Origin: Squalus acanthias
Taxonomy: Eukaryota
Assembly: GCA_030390025.1 (NCBI GenBank)
Contig: CM059432.1
Coordinates: 97,714,001-97,778,000 of the forward strand
Direction: 5' to 3'
DNA: 64,000 bases
Shown here: positions 9,280 to 23,109 of the stretch, piece after piece
Numbering within the stretch: position 1 is the first letter of the stretch
How the letters are laid out: each line of letters opens with the position of its first letter
The notes under the pieces: generated by a model
What the model was told of the DNA's origin: nothing
Databases searched by the model: none
What the model saw: only the letters and a program-made list of their open reading frames with translations
Position numbers and translations under genes: made by a program

Positions 9280-10890
9280 TTAGTTCTGCCTTTTGTGTTC
9301 CATTGCTTATTCTCGTGCTCTTATGCAGTGTTACCCCAGTGACTGCAGCATGGCTGGTGGAAGGCTGCTGACATTCTGTGGGGGAGACTGCAGATGGCCT
9401 TGCAGGATGACCTCGAGCAGCTCTGGGCCTCGAAGCCCCAGCTGTACACTGCACCACCTTGGCATGGGCTGCAGCAGTCTGGGCTGGCTGGCTGACAGGC
9501 AACTGCAATGGCACTGGCGGAATGGCAGTGGTGGAAGTACGAATGCTGTCATCCTGAGAGAGGACAGCACGTTCTTGCTCCACGAAGCCACTGCCACTCC
9601 CCTAGGGTGGCACCTCAGCACTCCTAGCCACCTGTTGGAGGACAGATTGCTGGACTGCTGTGAGACCCTGCAAGCCTCTTTCCACACTGGTAAACCCAGG
9701 CACAATGGCAGCAAGCTGAGCCTGCATGAGAGCAGTCTGAACTTCCACTGCAGCACTCAGATGTTGGGTCGCTTCCGCTTTTGCTGCAATGGAATTTGCG
9801 ACATCGCCCAGCATACCCTGCATCATGGTTGGGTCCACAAGTGCTCTAATGGAGTTGCCCATCACTTCCATCCTGGAAAACAAGTGCTCCAAGCTCCGTG
9901 CAAAGATCCATGCAAATTGGAGCCGGACTCCTGCTTCTGAGCTGGTGCCTGGGAGTGTCAGATCAAGTGAGTTTCTCTTCTTCTCCATCACTCTCCTCCT
10001 CTATTTCTTCCTGCACAGGCTGGGCTGCTGGCAGTTCTTGGGTATCTGAAAGGAGAAAGGCACAGGGTTGGGTTGTGGTGAGGGGAGGGGGAAAAGCAAG
10101 ACGAGCATATTTACACCATCAGCAGCTTGTAAGTGAGAAGAGATTGTGGGATGAGGGGGAAGTGAGATGTGAGAAAAAGGATTAGGTATGAACATACCGT
10201 CATCATCAATGCTTTCAGCCTCACTAATCGTCACGGACTGACTGACAGCCCCTCCAATTATCTCCAGCACTGTCTCCTCCAGCTGGGTCAGGTTCTTTAG
10301 CCGTGCTTGCCCCCACCTGTTTGCTTCTGCTCTTGCCGGTTGTGAGCCACCTTGACCTGCAGGAGAAAGGGAAGTGTGTCAGTGAGTGTGGTGCAATGTG
10401 TTTGGGTGATGTGCCTGTCATTGTTGAATAACTGGCATTGTGTGCAAGGTGTGAGATGTGGGTGTGAGGCTTGCAGCAATGATAAGTGTCTGAGGGTGAG
10501 GTGAAGCTATGATTGTGAGTTATGAGTTGTGTTTGATAGTGATTGTTGGTAGGTGAGTGATGGGGGTGTGGTGCATCTAGCAGTGTGTGAGGCTATTGGT
10601 GCAGTTGGTGGGATATGGCATTTGAAGTTGCATTCGCTCACCTTGACCACTTGTGTGAGGTCATTAAACTTCTTCTGGCACTGGATCCATGTCCTGGGGA
10701 TAGACTGGTGGCACTAACGACTTCAGCGATCTCCTCCAACTGCTTTCGAACAGTGTGTCTGGATGGCCTCCTGCCCCACTGTGGGTAGAGGGCCTGCCTC
10801 CTCCTATAGACCCTCTGCACCAAGGCCTCCAGTGCTGCATTGGAGAATCGAGGTGCCCTTTCTGTGCCCTGTTAAAAACATTGCTATGTT
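9280..10890 (-). pseudogene. Harbinger Myb/SANT-like DNA-binding gene, 3 exons, decayed
   Basis: W.QCQKKFNDLT; GT-AG introns at about 10641-10357 and 10197-10046. Confidence 0.8.
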
Positions 10891-11110
10891 CAGCTGCAGT
10901 CACAATGAGGTACTTCTCTGCAAAGCACCTCCCCTTTAAGAAGTGTAGACAGCCTTTCACTCTGCAGGCAACCTTTCAATAGAGAGCAGGCTCCACATGT
11001 TATTGGGCCCCCCATTGAGCGCCGAGCCAACCAGCAGCGCGTTTAGCTCTGGGCTTTGTGCTGCAATCATGGCAATTAGCAGGCAGCACAAATTTCACAC
11101 ACTGCCTGCA

Positions 11111-11855
11111 CTGAATGGTAGGACCCTAGGAAGGATAGAGGATCGGAGGGACCTTGGTGTACATGTACATAGATCTCTGAAGGCAGCAGGACAGGTAGAT
11201 AAGGTGGTTAAAAAGGCATATGGGATACTTGCCTTCATTAGCCGAGGCTTAGAATATAAGAGAAGGGAGGTTATGATGGAGCTGTACAAAACTCTAGTTA
11301 GGCCACAGCTGGAATACTGTGTGCAGTTCTGGTCGCCACACTATAGGAAGGATGTGATTGCATTGGAGAGGGTGCAGAGGAGATTCACCAGGATGTTACC
11401 TGGGCTGGAGCGCTTCAGCTATGAAGAGAGACTGGACAGACTGGGGTTGTTTTCCTTAGAGCAGAGAAGGCTGAGGGGGGACCTGATTGAGGTGTACAAA
11501 ATTATGAGGGGCATAGATAGGGTAGATAGAAAGGAACTTTTCCCCTTAGTAGAGGAGTCAATAACCAGGGGGCATAGTTTCAAGATAAGGGGCAGGAGGT
11601 TTAGAGGGGATTTGAGGAAAAACTTTTTCACCCAGAGGGTGGCTGGAATCTGGAACTCACTGCCTGAAAGGGTGGTAGAGGCAGGAACCCTCACAACATT
11701 CAAGAAGCATTTAGATGAGCACTTGAAACGCCATAGCATACAAGGCTACGGACCAAGTGCTGGAAAATGGGATTAAATAGACAGGGCTTGATGGCCGGCG
11801 CAGACACGATGGTCTGAAGGGCCTCTTTCTGTGCTGTATAACTCTATGACTCTTT
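11111..11855 (+). mobile_element. 5'-truncated CR1 LINE
   Basis: RDLGV...LVRPQLEYCVQFWSP...RGHSFK...WNSLP; 3' CTATGACT-type tail. Confidence 0.95.
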
Positions 11856-12867
11856 GATATTATCAACGGACGTGGGCAGATCACGCATCACAATCCCACG
11901 GCCACTTTTGAGCCTTATCCAATTTAACTTCTCAGGACTTTCAGCAAGTCTATAAAGCTGCTCGAGTGTTAGTCTACTGAACCTCGATATTGAAGGTAGC
12001 TCCGATTGTTTCTAACGTTTGACTAGTTCATAACGGGAATGATGGCCACCCATTGTTTCAGATGTCAACATTTCTATAAATGAGAAACACAACCCTCCAG
12101 AGTAACATCTTTGACTTTTCTTTGATTAAAATAATATTCCTAAATATACAATGGAAAACAGGAAGAGTGCAGCAAGTATAGATTACATTTTGGTGGTATA
12201 TGCTCTCCCAATACGGAAGGCTTGTGGGTCTCAGTAATTTCCCGATAGAAGAGCCACAATATGCTTTAACTTTCAGAAGTATGTTTGCTTATTAGGTCCA
12301 CACTCTGCACCAGCACAAAAACCTTGATTAATCCTTGGCCTGTGCATTTCAAAACCGTTCAGTCTTAGCAGACGTCCCTGTCACAGGTGGCTGTAATCAC
12401 CTTTATTTTTCACATTGGCATTAGAATCCCTGGTGGCTTGAATCAGGGCTCATGAAAGCATGAGGGGACTATTCAGAGCTATTAAAATCAAGCCCTTCCT
12501 GTCAACAATATATTGCTGCTTTTATCAGACACTATATCACATGTGGCATATCTTATTAGTGTGGTAGATGGGTTTAAATAAATACATTGAGACATCTAAG
12601 GCCTTAATCCTATTCAGAAACTGTTTTTATGTAAAGGTTATTTCTCTCTTTGTCCTGTGTCACACAGCTTATCAGTTATATATTTGAGTGTTGAAGTGTC
12701 TTTAGTCCTGCAAAAAATTGAACTAAATCTCTATGCCATTATCATGTAAAGTGGGTAACTGTTCATTATCCCTAGTATTAACAGCAGTCCCATTCGGTGG
12801 TTGTACCCATACAGGAGTGGACTTGGAAGTAGCCTGCAAAGGCGCACAACACTCTAGGGTGCAAGAT

Positions 12868-13193
12868 ATCAGGATATCCAGGGCAACAAGGATGTGCCTC
12901 CAAATGAATGCTGTAATGAGGCTGTGCAACAGCCTCCTATACAACCCAGTGCAGGATTATCGGAAAACCTGGAGCGAGTGCAAATCAGTGTAAAATGGGT
13001 GCAAGGGTTTGAGCCAGGTTTTCCGCTCCCTTTGGGTCTGGTGCATGCCTGTGCTATGAGTGCACAGATGTGGAATTCCAGCCCTGAAGGTAGCAATTCA
13101 TTCAGAGAGGTTTTCCAATAGACCTGGCTGAAAGCACTAACCTCGTTGCAGCATTCATTTGGAGACACTTCCTTGTTGCCCAGGAATTCTGAT
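12868..13193. repeat. Imperfect foldback / MITE-like inverted repeat
   Basis: GGGCAACAAGGATGTGCCTCCAAATGAATGCTG pairs with CAGCATTCATTTGGAGACACTTCCTTGTTGCCC. Confidence 0.7.
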
Positions 13194-13448
13194 GTGTCGC
13201 GCCTTTTAAGGCAAGGCCAGCACTGTGTGCTTTCCAAACCTGTATCACTCTTGCCAGTACAGACTTACCAGAAAGGTTTTTAAAGCCGATTTAAGGCAGA
13301 AGAATGGCAGGGGTGGGAAATGAAAATGTCGTATTAATACACCAGAATTTAGAGCAACTCGTCCTTAAAGAGACAGGACCTGAAAATCCTTGGGCCCACT
13401 ACCCTGGTGAGTGCTCTGCTGCTGATCTACACTCCTGACCCCATTTAA

Positions 13449-16260
13449 GGGGGGTATTTTCCCCGCTGTAGCGCCAGTAGTTTAGGTGCTAAATATCCTC
13501 CGAGGTGGCCAAGATGGCTCTTGAGTTGCAGCGCCTGGTTAGGCCACCTTTAGTGCAAGACTCCATCTTGGTAAAGGAGTTTAAGTGCTAAGAATGGCCG
13601 CCCCAAGGATGATTAAGCCTATGATTGCCAATTAAATTGGCCCCTAGCACTCATTAATGAGGCTGCACAACATTTTGACGGCTAGCGTTGCAATTAGTGA
13701 CCTTTGCTAACAGCCACCAGCTGAACAGGAGTAAAAACATTGTTGGTGAGGATTGTGAGTGCTACTTAAAGCCATGCTCAGCTTTCACTGCTCATTTGCT
13801 GATGGAGATGGACTGAATACACTGGGTTTGAAGAGCACTTTTGATATACATCGGGAGACTTTCAGGGACACCTTGTCAAGACTTCATCAACACTCTTATC
13901 AACATTTCTTCCAGAAATTATCTGAGGACTTTGCTTAAAAAGAATCAGTGCTGTGCTACTGTACTTTATTGGAGACCTTATAGGAGTCACCAGAAGAAAG
14001 GGAGTAGTTGGTCATGGGGATCTTGCTAGGGTCCCCCTTGGTCTGGAAGAGGAATGGGAGGAGGAAATGAGCCAGGCAGAGCAGCACCAGCTGCTGGAGG
14101 AGAGAGGGACAGGAGGGTGAGGAAGGCTCTCAGCAGGAGGCCCTATCCACCCAGAGTACGACTCCTACATTCACATGGCCCAAGACCCAAGACCAGTGCA
14201 TGAGGAGGCTGCGCTTTACCAAGGGGGGCATCACAGAGATCTGTGGCCTTGTTGAAGGAAGTCTCAGACCTCGCAGCACAGCCAGGACTGCATTGCCTGT
14301 GGCAGTCAAGGTCACAGTAGCACTTAATTTTTATGGTACTGAAACCTTCCAGGCTGCTACAAGTGATATCAGTCACGTATCACAATCCTCTGTGCACTGC
14401 TGCATAAGGGAGATCATCCAGGCTATCCAAGGAGCTGCCACGATGCGTTTATATTGAGTAAGTCACTGCCTCACAGATCTTTGAGCCCCAACACAATGTG
14501 CATGGCTGGCTACTAGGTGACAAGGGATACCCTCTGATGCCATGGGTCATGATGCCCCTGCGATACCCCCAGACACCAGCTGAGCACTTATACAATGAGA
14601 ACCACTCAGCCTCCAGGAATATCATTGAACAGACTTGGGGTCTTCAAGCAGATGTTTACATACCTTGACCAGTCAGGTGGTGCCCTGCAGTACTCGCTGA
14701 GAAGGTCTCCACATTTGTGGTGACTTGCTGCATGCTCCACAATCTGGCGATCATGAGAGACCAGCCATTGCCACCAGCAACTGTTCCAGTCGGTCAAGCT
14801 CAGGAGCCACAAGAGATGGAAGAGGAGGTTGAGGAGGAGGGGGACCAAGGAAAGCACTAGAGGGTTCCAGGTAGACGGCCCGCGCCTTGGGGGTCGCTTA
14901 CCGCCATCTATTTGAAGACCGCTTTTGAGAGACGTCCTCCACAATCAGACTACCAAGCACTGTTGCCACATGACTTCCTTCCAAGACTGAGGATCCTTCA
15001 AGATGTCCACCATCTGCACTCAATCCATTCAACCCCTTCTCCATGAAGAACATAATAAAAAAGACCACCAATTCCACCACTACCCAATTACCAAAGTCAC
15101 TCTTTATCTATACCAAAAACAAACAATGAAAGCATTATAACAACCAACAGCGCTTGGAAATATTAAACTATTCACCCTGGTACTTACCCTTAGTGGCTAT
15201 CTATAAGTGCTCTTGCCTAATCTAGTGCATCTATGAAGTGTATCCCAAGTGGCAGCAGCAGGCGAGGTGGATGGCTGCTGAGAATCTGAAGAGGGCAGTT
15301 CAGATGTCCTCCTGGGATGCCCTCAAGAGGCTGTGGGCCATGATGGCCCCGCCTCAGACTGTACCATCTCAGCATGGGCTTCAGCAGTCTGGGCTGCCTG
15401 GCTAACAGGCAATGGCGAGAGCAATGGTGGAGTGGCGGGGGAGAGAGCAGCAATGCTGGCATCCAGAGAGAGGCCAGTAGGTTCCTGCTCCATGATTCCC
15501 ACGCCGCTACCTCAGGACTACTGTTCAGTCCACCCAGTGATCTGCTAGAGGACTAGTCCTGGAAGAGAAATAGTGGTGATTGTGAATGAGTGCATTGGCA
15601 GGCGTGTTTATGTGTGTGTGTGATGCCTCACATAGTTGAAGAGCTGCGAGATGTGTCTGAGGCGTGAATAGTGCCTGTGAAGAATGTAATGGTGTGGGTT
15701 GTGTGAATCTCAGTGTATGGTTAGATGATTGTTGCAGTGTGTTGAGGTTGTGATGCTGGTGGTGGTGCAGTTATTGAAAAGTGTATTTGTGAGATAGGTT
15801 CTTACCTTGACCACTCGTGTCCAATCATTATTTTTTTTGCGGCACTGGAGTCATGTCCTGGAGGTGGTGCTCCTGGCTGTGACATCCTCGGTGATCTCCT
15901 CCCACATCCGCCGCATGAGTTGCCTCAGTGGCCTCCTTCCCACCTCAGGTCATCCTTCCTCCGCTGTACCTCCTCCACCAGGACCTCCAGTGCCACGTCG
16001 GAGAAACTGTGAGCCCTCTCCCTCGGTCCCTGAGCCATCCTGAGAAGTGCTGTTGTCCTCCTCTTTCAGTTGCACTGTCAGCCAGCATAGTCCATACCTT
16101 CAGTGGAAGTGCGTGCATAGAGGCTAAACCTGCAGATCTCCATATTATCGGCTCCAGACACATTTAAATCATGGTAATCAGCAATTAGCCTCAAGACTTT
16201 TAAATAGACATGTTATATTAGCACAGCACTCACTTAGCACCTGTTTTCACCCTTTCCCCA
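13449..16260. mobile_element. Decayed Harbinger (HARBI1 + ~14014-14914 with internal deletion; Myb-like - ~15190-16110)
   Basis: LPVAVKVTVALNFY, GWLLGDKGYPL; minus-strand QCRKKNNDWTRVVK|gtaag. Confidence 0.8.
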
Positions 16261-16713
16261 AAATAACCACAATAGTATCTGGGACCAGGCCAGGATTGAC
16301 TTATTTCAATATTTATGGTGGGTGCCAGCGCCTCTGTGGGAATGTCTTAAGCAGCTGCCAGAGGAGGATGGGAGGAAAACCTGGCACTGGCAATCTGCTC
16401 GGGACATTAGCTGGTGTCACTGGCTAGAAAAGGTTTTTTATGAACATTCCCAATTACCATCTTTTTTATGGGAGGACGGGAGATATGCCTGAGTATGCTG
16501 GCTGTTTTCAGGATGTCCAGGCCTGGACTCAGTCTTGATCATTAGATGGGCCTTACTTTCACCCCAACATTGACCTGGTCATTGAGTCCTGCCTCATTTC
16601 CACCCTCACCGGGCCTTTGTTGCGACAGTTGTACATCTCATTCCCCCACCAAAACGTACCACAGGCTCTGAGGAAATCCGAGGCCATATTGTTGTGGTAG
16701 AAGGAGCTTTAGT

Positions 16714-19494
16714 CATAAAAACATAAGAAATAGGAGCAGGAGTAGGCCATTCGGCCCTTCAAGCCTGCTCCGCCATTCAATGAGATCATGGCTGATCTTC
16801 TGCCTCAACTCCATTCACCGGCCCTATCGCCATATCCCTTGATGCCCTTACTAGTCAGAAATCTATCGACTTCTGTTTTGAATATACCCAATGACTGAGC
16901 CTCCACAGCCCTCTGGGGTAGAGAATTCTAAAGATTCACCACCCTCTGTGTGAAGAAATTTCTTCTCATCTCAGTCCTGAATGGACTACCCTTTTTTCCT
17001 GAGGCTGTGGCCCCTGGTTCTAGACTCCCCAGCCAAGGGAAACATTCTCCCAGCATCCACCCTATCAAGCCCTGTAATAATTTTGTATGCTTCAATGAGA
17101 TCCCCTCTCATTCTTCTGAATTCAAGAGAATACAGGCCTAGTTTACTCAATCTCTTCTCATACGACAGTCCCGCCATCCCAGGAATCAATCTTGTGAACC
17201 TTCGTTGCACTCCTTCTATGGCAGGTATATCCTTCCTTAGGTAAGGAGACCAAAATTGTACACAGTACTTCAGGTGTGGTCTCACCAAGGCCCTATATAA
17301 TTGGAGTAAGACTTCTTTACTCCTGTACTCAAATCCTCTTGTAATGAAGGCCAGCATACCATTTGCCTTCCTAATGGCTTGCTGCACCTGCACATTCACT
17401 TTCAGTGATTCGTGTACAAGGACACCCAGGTCCCTTTGAGCATCTGCATTCCCCAATCTTTCACCATTTAGGAAATAATTTGCCTTTCTGTTTTTTCTAC
17501 CAAAGTGGATAACTTCACATTTATCCACATTATATTCCATCTGCCATGTTCTCGCCTGAGCCTGTCGAGATCCTCCTGAAGCCTCTTCACAACTGACAAT
17601 GCCACCTAGTTTTGTATCATCAGCAAATTTGGAAATGTTACATTTAGTCCCCTCATCTAAATCATTGATATAGATTGTGAATAGCTGGGGCCCAAGCACC
17701 GATCCTTGTGGTACCCCACTAGTCACGCCTGCCATCCTGAAAAAGGCCCGTTTATCAATATTCTTTGTTTTCTGTCTGTTAACCAATTCTCAATCCATGC
17801 TAGTATATTACCCCCAATTCCATATGCCCTAATTTTGTTCACCAACCTCTTGTGTGGGACCTTATCGAAGGCCTTCTGAAAATCCAAATACACCACATCT
17901 ACCGGTTCCCCTTTGTCTACTCCACTAGTTACATCCTCAAAGAACTCCAATAGGTTTGTCAAACAGGATTTCCCTTTCATAAATCCATGTTGACTCTGCC
18001 CAATCTTACTATTAGTTTCTAAGTGCCCAGTTATTGCATCCTTTATAATAGATTCCAGCATTTTCCCAACTACTGATGTGAGGCTAACAGGTCTGAAGTT
18101 CCCCGTTTTCTCTCTCCCTCCTTTTTAAATAGCAGGGTTACATTTGCTATCCTCCAATCTGCAGGAACCATTCCAGAATCTATAGAATTTTGGAAGATGA
18201 CAACCAATGCGTCCACTATCCCAATGGCCACCTCTTTCAAAACCCTAGGATGTAGGTCATCCGGTCCTTGGGATTTATTGACTTTTAGTCCCATTAATTT
18301 TGCTAGTACTGTTTTTTTACGAATAATAATTTCTTTAAGTTCCTCATTCTCGCCACACCCTTGGTTTTCTTGTGTTTCTGGGAGGTTTTTTGTGTCTTCC
18401 TCCGTGAAGACAGAAACAAAGTATTTATTTAATTTCTCGGCCATTTCCTCATTCCCCAGTATAAATTCTCCCGTCTCTGACTGTAAAGGACCTATATTTA
18501 CCTTCACCAGTCTTTTCCTTTTCACATACCTATAGAAGCTTTTACAATCCTTTTTTATATTTTTTGCTAGTTTGTGCTCATATTCCATTTTCCCTTTCTT
18601 TATCAATTTCTTGGTCCCCCTTTGCTGATTTCTAAAATGATCCCAATCCTCAGGCTTACCGCTTTTTCTGGCAACTTTATAAGCTTCCTCCTTTGACTTA
18701 ATACTCGCTTTAATTTCTTTTGTTCGCCATGGTTGGATCACTTTTCCTTTTGGGTTTTTATGCCCTAGAGGAATATATGTTTTTTGCAAATTATGCATTA
18801 TTTCCTTGAATGTTAGCCATTGTATGTCCACCTTCATACCTTTTAGTGTAGTCTCCCAATCTACCATGGCCAACTTGTCCCTCATACCCTTGTAGTTTCC
18901 TCTGTTTAGATTGAAGACCTTAGTTTCAGATTGGACTACATCACTCTCAAACTTAATATAAAATTCAATCATATTATGGTCACTTGTCCCTAAAGGCCCC
19001 TTTACCACAAGATTATTGATTAACCCTTTCTCATTACACAGTACCAGATCCAGAATAGCCTGTTCCCTGGTTGGTTCCTCCACATACTGATCCAGGAAAC
19101 CATCTTGCATGCATTCCAAGAATTCGTCCTCCACACCATTAATGGTAATTTGATTTTCCCAGTCAATATGTAGATTAAAGTTCTGCATGATTACCGTATT
19201 TCCCTTGTTACATGCACTTCTAATCTCTTGATTGATACTGTGCCCTACATTACCACTACTGTTTGGTGGCCTATACACAACTCCCACCAATGTTTTCCGC
19301 CCTTTGCTGTTTCTTAGCTCCACCCAAACTGATTCCAGTTCTACATCACGATCTGTCAAGCCAAGATCTACCAAGGCCAACTTGTCCCTCATAGCCTTGT
19401 AGTTTCCTCTGTTTAGATTGAAGACCTTAATTTCAGATTGGACTACATCACTCTCAAACTTAATGTAAAATTTAATCATATTATGGTCACTTGT
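16714..19494 (-). mobile_element. CR1 LINE ORF2 (APE endonuclease + RT), frameshifted
   Basis: VYRPPN, SDHN, QHGF..KSCLTNLLEFF, FADDTKL; CTTATGTT-type 3' tail. Confidence 0.95.
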
Positions 19495-19580
19495 ATTCAG
19501 ATAACTGAGCTATATTTAATGTGTGAGTGTTTGTTAAGGCGTAAAACCTGAATGTACTCCATTCCCCGACGGTATAATCT

Positions 19581-20815
19581 TAGAACATAAGAACATAAGA
19601 AATAGGAGCAGGAGTAGGCCATTTGGCCCTTTGAGCTTGCTCCGCCATTCAATAAGATCATGGCTGATCTTCTACCTCATCTCCACTTTCCTGCACTATC
19701 CCCATATCCCTTGATCCATTAATATTCAAAAATCTATCGATCTCTGTCTTGAATATACTCAACGACTGAGCCTCCACAGCCCTCTGGGGTAGAGAATTCC
19801 AAAGATTGACCACCCTCTGAGTGAAGAAATTTCTCCTCATCTCAGTCCTAAATGGTCAACCCCTTATTCTGAGACTGTGACCCCTGGTTCTAGACTCCCT
19901 AGCCAGGGGAAGCATCCTCCCTGCATCTACCATGTCAAGTCCTGTAAGAATTTTGTATGTTTCAATGAGATCACCTCTCATTCTTCTAAACTCCAAAGAA
20001 TATAGGCCTCGTCTACTTAATCTCTCCTCATAGGACAATCCCCCCATCCCAGGAACCAGTCTGGTGAACCTTCGTTGGACTCCCTCTATGGCAAGTATAT
20101 CCTTCCTTAGGTTAGGAGACCAAAACTGTACACAATACTCCAGGTGTGGTCTCACCAGGGCCCTATATAATTGCAGTAAGATGTCTTTACTCTTATACTC
20201 AAATCCTCTTGTAATTACCATTTGCTTTCCTAATTGCTTGCTGTACCTGCATGTTAACTTTCAGTGATTCATGTACAAGGACACCCAGGTCCCTCTGAAC
20301 ACCAACATTTCCCAATCTCTCACCATTTTAAATATACTCTGCTTTTCAATGTTTCCTACCAAAGTGGATAACTTCACATTTCTCCACATTATATTCCATT
20401 TGCCATGGTCTTGCCCAGTCACTTAGCCTGTCTATATCCCTTTGAAGCCTCTTTGCATCCTCCTCACAACTTACAGTCCCACCCAGCTTTGTATCATCAG
20501 CAAATTTGGATATATTACATTTGGTCCCCTCATCCAAATCATTGATGTAGATTGTGAATAGCTGAGGCCCAAGCACTGATCCTTGCGGTACCCCACTAGT
20601 TAAAGCCTGCCAACCCGAAAATGACCCGTTTATTCCTACTCTCTGTTTTCTGTCCATTAACCAATCCTCAATCCATGCTAGTGTATTACTCCCAATCCCA
20701 TGAGCCCTAATTTTGTTTAATAACCTCTTGTGTGACACCTTATCGAATGCCTTCTGAAAATCCAAATACACCACATCCACTGGTTCCCCCTCATCTATTC
20801 TGCTAGTTACATCTT
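19581..20815 (-). mobile_element. 5'-truncated CR1 LINE
   Basis: RT motifs; AGAACATA repeats on + at the 3' tail. Confidence 0.95.
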
Positions 20816-21179
20816 CATCTTGACAAGCACATAGTTCACAAAATAAAAACACAAGAATACAAAAATCTGAGTATACTTAAGATAAAGGCCTAAGAAACGC
20901 CTAGGAAAATGCTACTATGTATTTTGGACTGTGCAATGGAATCCGTGTTCAAGATAAAGCTTTAATTTTTTTTAAGAATATATACTCCCGATGATCACAG
21001 CCCCGATTAACCCGCCCCTATTCATTGCGCTGCTGGCAGGATGTAAAATTCGTGTGCCTGCTGATTTTTATGGTTGCTATGTGTAGCCAGTGCTACCAAT
21101 GCTACCAGGTGCATTGTGGCTGCTTAAGTGGTGTCATGAAATAAATTGATTTTGAAGAATTTTGTCAAGATTGCTCAAC

Positions 21180-22950
21180 CCGCGAGAGAGTGAGCACCAA
21201 GGTTTTCTAACGATGCACTGCAGGACTTAGTGCAAGTTGTGGAGAGAAGGAGAGACAACCTGTATCTGTAAGGGAGGGGGCAGGAAGCCCTTGATCCATA
21301 TGCACAGGAGGCAGTGGGAAGAAGTAGCAGCTGAGGTGAATGCCAGAAGTATAACTCCAAGAGCATGGCTGCAGTGCAGGAGGATGTTCAATGATCTGAC
21401 ACGAGTTATTGAGGTGAGTGAGTTGAATCTCCAATGGCATATCTTACCAACTGTACCAGTATCCTTATCCACTGCTCAATTCTCCACAACCCCATCACTC
21501 ACCTACCAACAATCTCTATCAATCATAGCGGTGCCGCACCCAGGCGCTGGTTAATTTGTGCCCCGCTAGCGCCCTCTTATGGCACTAATGGGAGGCGCAA
21601 ATCAACCGAATTTAGCCCCCATAGAGTCGTAACGGCACAGAAGGAGGCCATTCGGCCCATTGAGTCCGTGCCAGCTCTCTGCAGAGCAATCCAGTCAGTC
21701 CCATTCCCCCGCTCTATTCCCGTAGCCCTGCAAGTTTATTTCCCTCAAGTGCCTATCCAGTCTCCCCTTGTAAACATTGAGTGTTTCCGCTTCCACCACG
21801 TTCGTCGGCAGCGAGTTCCAGGTCCTCACCACTCACTGTGTAAAAAAGTTTTTCCTCACATCCCCCCTGTATCTCTTGCCCAAAAAACTTAAATCTGTGT
21901 CCCCTAGTCCTTGTACCATCAACTAGTGGGAACAGCCTTTCCCTGTCTGGCCTATCCAAACCCGTCATAATCTTGTACACCTCTATCAAATCACCCCGCA
22001 ACCTCCTTTGCTCTAATGAAAACAAATCCAGCTTCTCCAACCTGTCCTTGTAGCTAAGATCCCCCATCCCCGGAACCATTCTGGTAAATCCCCTCTTCAC
22101 CCTCTCAAGGGCCTTCACATCCTTCCTAAAGTGTGGTGACCAGAACTGGACGCAATAATCCAGTTGTGGCCTAACCAGCGCTTTATCAGTACTCAAGCAT
22201 TCAGTTCATATGCTTTCCCTCACTCTCACACACTTAGCACTGTTGCAAGACTCACACCCACATCTCACAGCTCACACACACTGGCAGCTATTCACCATGG
22301 CAGCCACATCACCCAAACATATTGCAGGACACTCACTGACACACTTCCCTCTTTCTTGCAGGAGAAGGTGGCTAATAACAGCAGGCAGCAGCAAAGAACT
22401 GGAGGAGGACAAGTTCGCCTGCATGTATTAACACCCGTGGAGGAGACAGTGCTGGCCATCATGAGAAGGGGCATCACTGAGTCTGTGCCCACTGGCAGGG
22501 ATGGAGGGATCGATGATGAAGGTATCTGCATATTAAATCCTCCTTCACTCTTCGCACAGTCTCTTCTGACTCACAAACTGCAGATGGTGTAGGCACGCAC
22601 TACTTACTTTTTCCTCACACCTCACCACAACCCAACCCTTGTCTCTATTTCATTTCAGAACCCAAGAACTGGAACCTTCCCAGTCAAAGGAGGAAGAGGA
22701 AGAAGATAGTGAAGATGAAAAGACACTTGCACTTGCAGCCACCAGCTCAGACACTGACACTGCGCATACTTTAGATTCTAGGACAGAAGAGGGATCTGCA
22801 CATGGTGAGACACAGGGCACAAGAGCGCAGGAGCCAGGCTGGGGGAAAGGATAGCCTAGGTGCCAGCTTGCCGGAGGGCGAGGTCGCACACTAGTTCTGC
22901 TGCAGAAGAGTCAGATGAGGACTTCGATGGCCTAAGCTACAGAAGAAGGC
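21180..22950 (+). pseudogene. Harbinger Myb/SANT-like gene; intron interrupted by CR1
   Basis: PRFSNDAL..., WLQCRRMFNDLTR..|gtgagt, ttgcag|EKVANN. Confidence 0.75.
21620..22185 (-). mobile_element. CR1 3' fragment
   Basis: LVRPQLDYCVQFWSP...RGHRFK. Confidence 0.9.
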
Positions 22951-23109
22951 TGTTCAATAATTTCAGAACATAACAACTGCTCCCATTTTTTTTGGACAGC
23001 AGGTGCTGGTAATGATATTGCTTTTGCCTTTTACTGCTCCTTTAGACCCATCTTGTGTTTTTATCTTGTCCCATTATCACCCCGTTTAACATTGCACTCT
23101 CATCCCTTT

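Larger units (their letters stand above)
7487..11930. mobile_element. Harbinger DNA transposon with convergent transposase and Myb-like genes
   Basis: HARBI1-like gene on +, spliced Myb/SANT-like gene on -; interrupted by CR1 at 11111. Confidence 0.85.
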
